Origin: Rhizaria sp. SCN 62-66
Taxonomy: Eukaryota
Assembly: GCA_001724265.1 (NCBI GenBank)
Contig: MEDY01000113.1
Coordinates: 1-64,000, forward strand
Reading direction: 5' to 3'
DNA length: 64,000 bases
Shown here one piece after another: positions 11,890 to 21,374 of this stretch; the stretch's first letter is position 1, and each line of letters starts with the position of its first letter. The notes below the pieces were generated by a model, which worked only from the letters and a program-made list of their open reading frames with translations, was not told the origin of the DNA and ran no database searches. Position numbers and translations under genes: made by a program.

Positions 11890-12537
11890 GTAGAAGCGGC
11901 CGTTGCCCTCGAAGCCCTGCGGCGGCGGCGGCGGCGGTGGCACGGCCTTGGGCGCCTCGGGGAGCGGGATGTTCATCATCGGCGGCGCGCCCGCCCACGG
12001 CGGCTGCAGCGTCTGAATCGGGTTCGCGGGGTCGTAGCCAGGCCAGTTGACTGGGTCGCCCGACGCGGGGGGCGCGGTGCTCGAGGCCGGGTCGCCGCCG
12101 GCCGGAGTCGCGCCGGTGGCGGCGGCCGCGGCGGCAGGCTCTGCCATGCCTTGCACTGTGTGAGAGATGCAGATAGAGAAAGCAAGAGCAATAAAGCAAG
12201 AGCAAAAGAGAGAAAGAGAGAATGAGTGGCATGATAAAGGATGATGATGAGAGGGCATCACTGAGTGGTGTTATTGAAAGATAGAGACAGACAGCTGCTG
12301 CCTGACAACATGTTGATGTTGTGTGTGGATCTGCTACGTACGCTTACCGCGGACGCTCGTCTCGAGGAACTGAGCGAAGTCCCCGTACTGCTTGGGGTCG
12401 AGCTTCTTCTTGCCGGCCCCGACCTGGTTCCGCCGGGGCGCCCCGTTGGGGTCTGCCTCGGCGGCCCCCAGCAGGAGCCCCAAGAAGAGGCCGAGCACCG
12501 TGAGGCAAAGAACCGTGCGACGGGTTCGTTGCGCCAT
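11689..12537 (-). CDS. Secreted proline-rich protein (about 218 aa) with an N-terminal signal peptide
   Basis: Exons 12537-12348 and 12155-11689; phase-1 intron GTAAGC...CACAG. N-terminus MAQRTRRTVLCLTVLGLFLGLLLGAAEA has a basic n-region, hydrophobic h-region and AxA site. Poly-Pro tracts (YPPPPPPPPPPPPPIPPPPPG). Stop TGA. Confidence 0.8.
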
Positions 12538-13025
12538 CGGCACACGTGTCTGTTGTTGAGAGCAAGGGTGAAGATGAGCAAAGACAAAAAGGGGAAGTGA
12601 GCAAAGGGGGCATGGAGAGGGGTCGAGATAGGTACCAAGGAGAGTACTTCATGACACATAATAAAAATGGCAAAGAAATTACTATAATTCAAGCCTGAAT
12701 TTTTTAACCCTGATATGAAGCGACGACAGAATAACGGGCTTTCAGAGAGTAAAGACACAAGATAGCTCCCCTGGCGGCCTAACTTCCCTGACTGACCGAC
12801 CGACTGGACCGGTCACCCACTGGCCGAGCAAACAGAGAATGGCCACCATGTGCCCCTTTTCAAGGCTAGATATTTCCGTCAACTGACCGTCAGTAGGACT
12901 TTTGTGGCTTTTTTTGTTTTTGCTGGTTAGTTTATATTGATATATTATCTCTTTACGCCTCAACACTGCTGTCTTACCTCTCACCTGGCCTCTCTTTTGT
13001 GCTCGCTTCGCCCCCTCACAGACCC

Positions 13026-13869
13026 ATGCTCTCTAAAGTGAAGGAAGGGCTCGGCTGGAGTTACTTCCAGGCCCGCTTTCACGCCTATGTCGAGTACGTT
13101 GCTGCTAGCGCTCTACTCTATCTCTTTGTTGCAGTTTTATTCCTTCAATCGTCTCGCTTCTCGTTGTATCACCCAGTTTCCTGTCTCGCTCTCAGGCACC
13201 CGTCGCTCACCTCCTTTTCTCCAACGCTCTCCCCTCTCACCCCCACTTGCTCTCTCGCTCCCTCCTTCGGCCCTCGTTTTGCACACTCCTCGCAGGATGT
13301 CGTGGTACTTCGGCGTCTTCTGCGTGGTGGCTCTGTGCAGCGCAATCTGGTCCGCCGCACTCATCGACAAGGACGCCCTCTCGCGCCTGCCTCCTGCCGG
13401 CGTCACTGAGTGTTCCAAAATCAACGATTTCCTCAAGATCTTTGCCCTGATCCAGATCGGCGAGATGGCAACGTGCTTCCTGCTGGCAATGTCGCTGCCG
13501 TCAATTATGCGCTCGGCCAACTGGGCCATCTTCGGACTCACCTCGCTGATGCTCATGTTGCTGTCGTACGTCGCCAAGCTCGCCGGCGTCGTCCTCGGCA
13601 TCGTCTGGGTGTGGGCGCGCACCGGCGTGGCCTGCAACGAGCTCACACCCTCGCTCTACGGCCAGGCCTCGACGTTTCTGATCTGCATGATCGTGCTCTT
13701 TGCGTTCCAGCTCATGTTCGGCACGAGTTACCTCATGTGCTGCGGACTCGAGGACGCCGTCCAGGAGGGCATCCACAACGTCCAGCGCAGCTACGGCGGC
13801 GGCAAGGGCATCGACGAGGAGGACAACCTCCTCAGCGACCAGGAGGGCGACGAGCTCAAGCACATCTAA
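13026..13869 (+). CDS. Hypothetical four-transmembrane protein (about 213 aa)
   Basis: Exons 13026-13093 and 13296-13869; phase-2 intron GTACGT...CGCAG. About four hydrophobic helices with loop cysteines (TECSK, VACNE) and an acidic tail (EEDNLL, possible dileucine sorting signal). Strong C/G third-position bias. Stop TAA. Confidence 0.75.
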
Positions 13870-14614
13870 GCGCCTCAGGCTGCCTCCGACGTCCATTTAC
13901 GTCATCTATGTGATAAAGGCGAAGATGTTTTGATGGAAGCTCGTAGACCCTGTATGCGTGAAAATGCGTCTGAAAGGCGGATTATTATGCCCTGGTAGCG
14001 GGGGAGAACAGCTCTGGAATGGTTTGGTATCTATTTTTGCGTGTGAAAGAGCTGTTCTCAAAAACAAAGAAAGCAGAAAACACTGTCTTGTGTGTAACAC
14101 TGGAACGAGCCCCTTTCAACGGGTCGCTTTGGTGTGTGATGGTGGTGTAATGTGTTTTCTGTGCGTTATCTAGTTGTACCACACCTGCACGTGGTGTGTA
14201 TGTGTGTGTTTTCAGTGTACTAATACATCTATACTTGTACTTGCCCTAGTATTTGCCTTCATTGATGATGTAAAAATAAAACGTTGTGTATTTTATCACA
14301 TGTTCGTTTAACGTTTATGCCTCAGGAAAAGCACTAAAGATATACTTGGAAATAAGGAAATAAAAGTGACATTTTGTTTATGAACCAGTGTTTTTGTGCT
14401 AAAAAGACTGTTCTAACGCTCCGACTATGGCTGCCAAAAATACGACAGCAACAAGTCGTCGTGTGATGGATGTGAGGTTCTCTGATCTTGCCTTGCTTTG
14501 TTTCGCTGTGGCTACTGTTCCTATGATTTCGTAGTCAGCACTGAAAAGTGCATATTTTTGTTCTTATTAAACCAATGAAGTAAAAAACATTTCGCAATTC
14601 TCACCTTAAAGTGC

Positions 14615-14638
14615 GTCACTTTGGCATGCCAAAGTGAC
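14615..14638. repeat. Perfect 24-bp palindrome GTCACTTTGGCATGCCAAAGTGAC
   Basis: Self-complementary with no spacer, about 100 nt downstream of the FHA-kinase stop codon. Confidence 0.9.
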
Positions 14639-14738
14639 ACCACTTGCCTCTTGCACGTGTGTGTCCATTTGTGATCACATGATGCGTGTACATTTGAGCA
14701 TATGTGTGCACATTTTGTAGGAACGTACATTTAGTGGC

Positions 14739-17026
14739 TCACATCATGCGGCCCCTGCGCGCGCGCTCCAACGCCATCGCATCCGCGTCCTGGCCGTCAA
14801 CCCCACCACCAGCAGCAGCGGCATCGTCGCCATGGCCGAAAGGACCGTGAGCAGCACCGGTTCCGTCCGCGGACTCGCGCTGGCGCTTCACACCGGGCCG
14901 CGCGACCACGCCGATCGCGCCCACGTCAGCTGCAACGCCAGCCTGGCCAGCCTGGCCAGCACCAACGCCAGCGCCAGCGCCAGCGCCAGCTCTGCCGCCC
15001 GCGCTGGGGACGTCGGGGATGCCGACGAGGCCGTCCTGGTCGCCGCCGTAGTAGTGACCGTGGGCAGCGGCGTGACCGTGGGCGGCGGCAGCGAGCGCCA
15101 GGACTTCGTGCGGATCTTGTGGCAGCGACGCCGGAGTGACCTGAGAGGCGGTGAAATCGGCGTCGCTCATGCGCGCGCCCTGCTGCTTCATCTTGTACAG
15201 AATCGGCGACATGTGGTGCCCATGGGCAGCGGCGGCGGCGCCGGTGCCGGTGGTAGGTACGGTCGTCGTGGTGGCAGATGAGGCGTCGGACGGGCTCAGC
15301 CGCAGCGCGCCATGGGCGCTAGGGGCGCTTTGGGCACCATTCGCAGTTGAGGGGCTACTCCCGGCGTCAGCGCCGTTGCTGCCGTCGTGGCTGACGTTCG
15401 CCTCGTCGGCCCGGTGGACCGTGGGCAGCGCGTCGAGCTCGGCAAGTTCGGCCGCGGTGAGCCCATCGCGAACCCACGGGTGCGCGCACACCTGCTCCGA
15501 GGTCATGCGTTCCGCGGGGTTGACGCGCAGCATGCCGCGGATGAGGGACTCCACCGCCGGGTTGTACCGACCCCACACCTGGGCGGGGAACGAGATGTCG
15601 CGCGAGAGCATGCTGCCCAGGATGTTCTGCTCATTGAACGGCTGCGTGAGCGCTAGCATCACGTACAGAATTACCCCGATAGACCACAGGTCGACCGACT
15701 TGCCGTACCCGTCCGGGTTCCCGGCCTCGCCCGAGCCAGTCAGAGCGGCGGCCGTGGCGGCGTCGCGCGGGTCCGCAGCCGTGCGCCGCAGGACCTCCGG
15801 CGCAAGATATTGCGGAGTTCCGCACACCGTGGTCAGGAAGCCGCGGCTGTCCATCACGCGCGAGAGCCCGAAGTCGGTAAGCTTGACGGTGAGCGGGTCC
15901 GTGCAAGTCACAAGTACGTTCTCGGGCTTGATGTCGCGGTGCACCACGTCGTTCGCGTGCATGTACTGCGTCGCCTTGATGAGCTGGATGAACACGCGCC
16001 GCGCCACGGGCTCCGGCAGCGGCCGGTTCTCGCGCAGCAGGTAGTCCAGCAGGTCACCGAAGGGGACGAGGTCGAGCACGATGCAGTACTTGCCCTGGAG
16101 CCCGTCGGTGGTGAAGTAGTGGTCGTGGATCTTGATGATGTTCGGGTGGCCTAGTGCGCAGATAATGCGGACCTCGGCCGTAAGCTGTGCGCGCACCGTG
16201 TCCACGTTGGTCTGCGTCGCCGCGTCGCCGCCGCCCTTAAGCGTCAGCTTGATGTACTTGGGGATGTCGATCACTTTTATCGCGAACTGCTTGCCGTCGT
16301 CGCGGCGCACACATTCGCGCACGGTGGCGTACGCGCCCGCGCCCAGCTGCTGGCGCACAATGTAGCGGCGGCCGCAACTCGTGCCGTCGGCGTCGTCGCG
16401 CGCGCTCGAGGCTGAGGGCGCCAGGTGGAACGTGTACTTAATCACCTATGTTCATAAAAATGCGCGTAAAAAGAAAGATAAAGAGCACAATAAAATAATA
16501 TTTGGAGTTTAAGACGAAATATTATAGTGTGATACCATCTATAAAACACAATTCTAAGGGAATTTGTGATAGAGGTGCGATATATGACTGCAAATCTCGC
16601 ACTTTGTGAAAAGGTGTACAGAAAAGCAAGTCGTACCTGTTCGGGAGCGCGGAGGAGCATGAGCTCCTCGTTCGCACGCAGAATGCGCTCCTGGTTGTGG
16701 CCGATGAGCTGGCGCTCAATAAAAGTGCCGTTGGTGGAGTGGTCGCGCACGAGGAACATGCTAGAGTCGTCAGGGTGGACACGGACGGTGCAATGCAGCT
16801 GCCTGCTGATGCCGGGGTGCGACAGCACCACAGTGTTGGTGGGGTTGCGGCCGAACGTGATGACGCTCTCGGGGGTCTGCAGGTATACACAGCGGATGTC
16901 CTCGGGCAGCGGCGGGTCCGACGTGGAAACGCCGATAGCCCAGTAGGCGCTCTCGGCCTTGGACTCGAGGTCGAGCTCAGACAGAGTCATCGTCTGCGGC
17001 TGAGTGCTCTCAGATTCGCAGAACAT
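14739..17026 (-). CDS. FHA-domain Ser/Thr kinase, Chk2/Rad53/Dun1-like (CAMK group), about 698 aa
   Basis: Exons 17026-16637 and 16445-14739; phase-0 intron GTACGA...CATAG. FHA motifs FGR, ISRQLH, DHSTNGTF; N-terminal TQ site. Kinase motifs LGAGAYATV, AIK, HRDIKPEN, DFGLSR, TVCGTPQYLAPE, DLWSIG, NPAER. Stop TGA. Confidence 0.88.
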
Positions 17027-17769
17027 GGCAACCGCTCTCGTTGGATGGCACGCAAACGGCAGGGGGTCACGGAGACGGGCGGGTGGGTATCGATGGCTAG
17101 GTGGTGCGGGGACGTTGTCGCGTGAGGAAGCGAAGAAGACGTCAGGCGCGGCCAACAGAAAAGAGCGTAGAGGAAGAACTAACTGCCAGAGTGCGAAGGG
17201 GCTCGGGGGAAACGAGCGATATCCACGGCACAAACAAGCGTCTGTGGTGTGAAAAGCGCGCTACCAGAGAGTCTGCTCTTTTTTGTAGCTTACACAAGCT
17301 GAGTTAGTTTGATAAGAAAAAGGTGCAAAGCTAGGTAGCGCGAGGAAAGAGAGGGAGCAAGAGGTACGAAAGCGGGCGAGCTGCTTGAGTGCAGGGGTTC
17401 GAAACATCGCACAATGAAGCCAGACCAAGATATACATTTAGGCGAAAATATAAAAACATGTTTTCTCGCGTGCCGCATTATGTGCGCATCTTCTCCGTCT
17501 CTGTGCGAGCTCAACGACGTGTCGGGAGCAGAGGGCGGTTGGAGACAGGTCGCTGCTTGTCGCCCTCGGGTGGCGCGACCCCAACACTCGTACCCCGAAA
17601 GCAGTTTGTGGCTGCACCGTATCAGCATTATAACTCGCTGGAAGTGCAAGATGTGGATATAAATGCTGTAAATCCAGATGAGATACGTATGTTTCTGTGA
17701 TATATTTCTGTATTTTTGACTATGTATCTGGGTATGCTGGCCATATCTCGCAATTATAATTATTCAAGT

Positions 17770-18711
17770 TCACTTGCTCAGTGTCTTCGCGCTTGTCTGA
17801 CCGTGCTCCTGCCCCTTCGTCGCCTCACACGGCGTCAGATCGGCAACCATGTACACCGCGCCCTCGCCGTAGCTCTCCAGATTGCGCCTCTGCTCTGCGT
17901 CCGTGACCTCTGCGACACGGAACCCCTGCCTTTCCCAGTACGCCTGGGACCCCTGCACCGACACGAGCGCAGCACGTGCGAGGCCCTTGGCGCGCGCCTC
18001 GGCGAGCAGCAACCGCAGCAGATGGCTCGCGATGCCGCGGCCGGCGTGCGCGGGCAGCACCGACATGTCGTGCAGATACAGCACGGGCTGCGGCGACGAC
18101 GGCGGCGCACCGGCGTTACAAGTCTCCGCAACAGCTGTGCCGTCGTAGTCGTCGTTGTCTTTGTAGCCATCAGCACTCCGGCTGCTATCGTTTTCGTTGC
18201 TAACAGTCGCTCCAACAGGAGAGTTAACGCTGTGGGGCTTGAACTCACCGTTCAGAGGGGTAATTTTGCCCTCAGTACTCCAGTATGCGGCCAAATACGC
18301 CTGTAACAACTCGGCAGCCTCCGCAGCATCCGCAGCCTCGGCCGCAGTCGCAGTCTGAGAGCTGGAGCTAGAGCCAGAGCTAGAGCTAGAGTTAGAGTTA
18401 TTGGAGACGCAGTCGCAGTCACTGTTGCATGCGTTGCTACCGTCGCCGCCGTCGCAGCACGTGGTGTGACGCGCGGGCACGAGCACGACGCCGAGCGAGC
18501 AGTGGCCTTCTGCGCGCAACCGCTGCTCCCACACGGCGCGCGGCTCCGAGTAGTAGGCGCCGTAGCAGACGTCCTGCACGGCCAGCACGCCCGCCACGTC
18601 GCGCGGGGACAGCGCGCGCACCGCGTAGGGGCTACGCGCGCCGTCTGGCTGCGGCACCAGCGACGGCAGCGCGGGCGCCGCGGCGGCCGCGGTGGTGAGG
18701 GACAGGTTCAT
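17770..18711 (-). CDS. GNAT-family N-acetyltransferase (bacterial-like core with two low-complexity insertions), 313 aa
   Basis: Single-exon ORF. VRALSPRDVAGVLAVQDVCY, AYLAAY, LYLHDMSVLPAHAGRGIASHLL (acetyl-CoA motif A), ALVSVQGSQAYWERQGF (motif B). Stop TGA. Confidence 0.88.
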   Translation of the reverse strand: MNLSLTTAAAAAPALPSLVPQPDGARSPYAVRALSPRDVAGVLAVQDVCYGAYYSEPRAVWEQRLRAEGHCSLGVVLVPARHTTCCDGGDGSNACNSDCDCVSNNSNSSSSSGSSSSSQTATAAEAADAAEAAELLQAYLAAYWSTEGKITPLNGEFKPHSVNSPVGATVSNENDSSRSADGYKDNDDYDGTAVAETCNAGAPPSSPQPVLYLHDMSVLPAHAGRGIASHLLRLLLAEARAKGLARAALVSVQGSQAYWERQGFRVAEVTDAEQRRNLESYGEGAVYMVADLTPCEATKGQEHGQTSAKTLSK

Positions 18712-19286
18712 TCTGCTGTCGGACGCGGAGTTGGGGAAATGAGGAGAGATGCGTCAGTGGCGGAATTATAAAAGATAAAATGAGATTATTCCAAGTTTTT
18801 TTGTTGTGAAATATAACCATTATTTCATTCAACGGAGACTACATAACTCAAGCAGTTGAATGCGAAGGCCCACTCCGAGGCCTCTCAACGTCGGTGAACC
18901 GACTACGACTGTAAAGCGGCTGTAGTCGACTCTGACTGGTGGAGAGCGACGACAGCCGCCCTGCAGCCGCGGTCGCTTGAACGGGGATGTGGCGCCTGAG
19001 TGCTGCGAGCAGTGCTTGAGAGTATAGACTTTATGGATATTTTTGCTTTTAGTGCCGGTATATTTTCGGCAAATTAGGTGCTCTATTCACCTACGCTTAC
19101 TGCTCCAGTTTGCGAATGGGTGAAGACGCGAAGCACGCCGTTTAGCACGCCCACCCATTTTCGCAACCTCGCCTCTAGCGCTGCTCAACTAGCACTAGTA
19201 AGTTTTAAAACAAAGTCCCGGTATTCTCACGTTAGTTTTCCACCGGTTTATCTCTTTTTTGTCCTTCCCGTCTCGTTCTTGCTCAG
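18712..19286. promoter_or_regulatory. Probable bidirectional promoter (GNAT / desaturase)
   Basis: 575-nt head-to-head spacer containing a strong hairpin at 18916-18959. Function is inferred from position only. Confidence 0.5.
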
Positions 19287-20513
19287 ATGGCGGCCCTCAC
19301 AAAGCAGAGCAAGTCGTCTTCTTCCTCCCAGCCCGCCAGCGCTGCCGCGGCCGCGGCCGGCGTGGACGCCAAGAAGTCCTACCAGGCTGGTCTCAACACC
19401 GACGAGGACACCTCCACTCTCCTTACCATTGACGACATGAGTCCGCGGCGCGAAGTGAACGAGCCCGCGTGGCTGGCGTTCGACATCGTGCTCGCTTACC
19501 TCGTCACCTATATCACGCACGCCGCCTGGACGCCGCAGTACCGCCTCGCGGCCTGCGCCTTCATCACCGCCTTCGGCCGCCTCGCGCAGTATCTCTACTT
19601 CAACTGCGGCCTCGACCGCCCCGGGTCCGGCGAGATGCCCATGGACAAGTGGTGGCACATGGCCCTCGTCCACATCGGCAACACCATCTTCTTCTGGGAG
19701 TTTTGCGTCGGCTTCTATGACCAGATCGCCGCCTGGCGCGACGCAAAGATCGGCGTCGTGCTCCCGCTCATCTACCTTGCCGCCGGCTTCTACTTTGTCA
19801 TCTGGATCTGCGACGTCATCGCCGGCTTCGTGCACTGGTTCGGCGACACGACCGAGATGTACTTTTTCATCTACCACCACAAGGACTCGCGCTACATGAC
19901 GCGCCAGTCCTACGTCCACCACGTCTGGGAGACCTTTGGGCTCGCCATCTTCCTCTCCTACACCGTTGCCCCTGTGCTCCGCACCACGCTCATCGGTCTC
20001 TCCATCCGCATCATTGCCTGCCAGGTATGTCTTGATCGCTAAATCGCCTCAATTTCTCGAATCAGCAAACCCTCAATTTCCCTCCAAATCTTTGAATGCA
20101 TAAATCGGTCATACTACTCGAGCTATGCAATTATAATAGTGATTTTTGATATATAAGATCGATTTTTGTTTAAATATATTGTTATTAATTTAACCCCTCT
20201 CACAACACGTGCATATACCTCTTTTCATACCACCACCACCCCTCTGCAGGCCAATGAGTGCCATATGTGGTCCCACTGCCTGTCGAAGGAGACCCCCGCG
20301 CTGATCCGCGTGCTGCAGGACCTGACGCTGGTGCTCAGCTGGAAGGTCCACAAGCACCACCACCAGCCGCCCTACCTGAAGGACTACTGCGTCTTTAACG
20401 GCTGGGCTAACCCCTTCATGAACATCGTGCTGCCCGGGCCCATGACCAACGGACTCATCAAGTTCCGCGACAGCAACTTCTTCAAGTGGGTCAAGAAGAC
20501 CCTCGACACGTAA
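19287..20513 (+). CDS. TMEM189/PEDS1/CarF/FAD4-family (Kua B-domain) lipid desaturase, about 333 aa
   Basis: Exons 19287-20024 and 20250-20513; phase-0 intron GTATGT...TGCAG. His boxes DVIAGFVHWFGDT, FIYHH, NECHMWSH, HKHHHQPPY and YCVFNGWANP match this family. Stop TAA. Confidence 0.88.
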
Positions 20514-21374
20514 ACATTGCGCTATATTTGTTTCGCGTGGATTGTTGGAGTATATAATTGGAGTACCTGTGTTGTGGTTATGAGGATTGAGCTCTGATTG
20601 TGTGAGTTAATAGTTCGTTGATTCTCGTTTATGTTTGCTATTTTTCATATTTTCAAGTGTGATGTGTTGGTTTTCTGTTCTGTTGCTTTTTATAATGATA
20701 TATTTTGCTACATCGTTGTTTATACTGTTGTTTTATGTTTGCTGGTGGTCATCTTAAACCGTACTACTCTCCTTATCATCGAGCTAGCTCGCACTCTATT
20801 CTCCTCTCGTCATAGTTGTGCTTACAACCTGCCAATAACAGTAGTTACAATGCGCATGTGTTTGTTGTTCCTATATCTAGACACAAGTCAGGCTCTGTCC
20901 CGACGCTCCCAGTCACTCAAAACCACGCGCTGTTCTGCAAACTTCTCGGACTCTTTCAAGCATTTAGAGGTTGAAAAGCAGCACGTAGCGCAGGTTTGGA
21001 GAGTTTCAACTGTGAACCTTGGTCATGAGTCCGCTTTACAACACATATGCGGCAAGGTATACGCAGAGGAGCGCTAAATCGACCTGAATTCTCCGCGTAT
21101 GACCAACTTTAAATACATAATATACAAGTTTCACATTCCCCAGGACGCTTATCTCCCGCGATATCTGCCCTCAAAGGCGGAAAGCACAGCGGCGACTGTG
21201 GGATTGCGGGAACTTTCAAACACATCTTCAGATCAGCTTCAAGAAACCGTCGACCATTCGCTGCAGGCTCCGTTGTTAGGCCCTGATTTACTTCCTTGTG
21301 TCTTTTCTTATGAAATTTGATCATTATATTTAATTGTATTCTTTAGGAAAGCGCCGTCAACACAGTGATAGCTG

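Noticed and set aside
14455-14495. Box C/D-like words (GTGATG...CTGA)
   Set aside because: Box C is imperfect and the spacing is too short for a snoRNA; no guide complementarity identified.
17385-17412. GGTTCGAAAC T-loop/B-box-like word
   Set aside because: Flanks do not pair into a T-stem, and no acceptor or anticodon arms are evident; not a tRNA.
18100-18250. GTGAGT donor-like site inside the GNAT, suggesting the second insert is an intron
   Set aside because: The obvious acceptor at the end of the insert (CCGCAG) is out of phase, and the unspliced frame is open with intact motifs.
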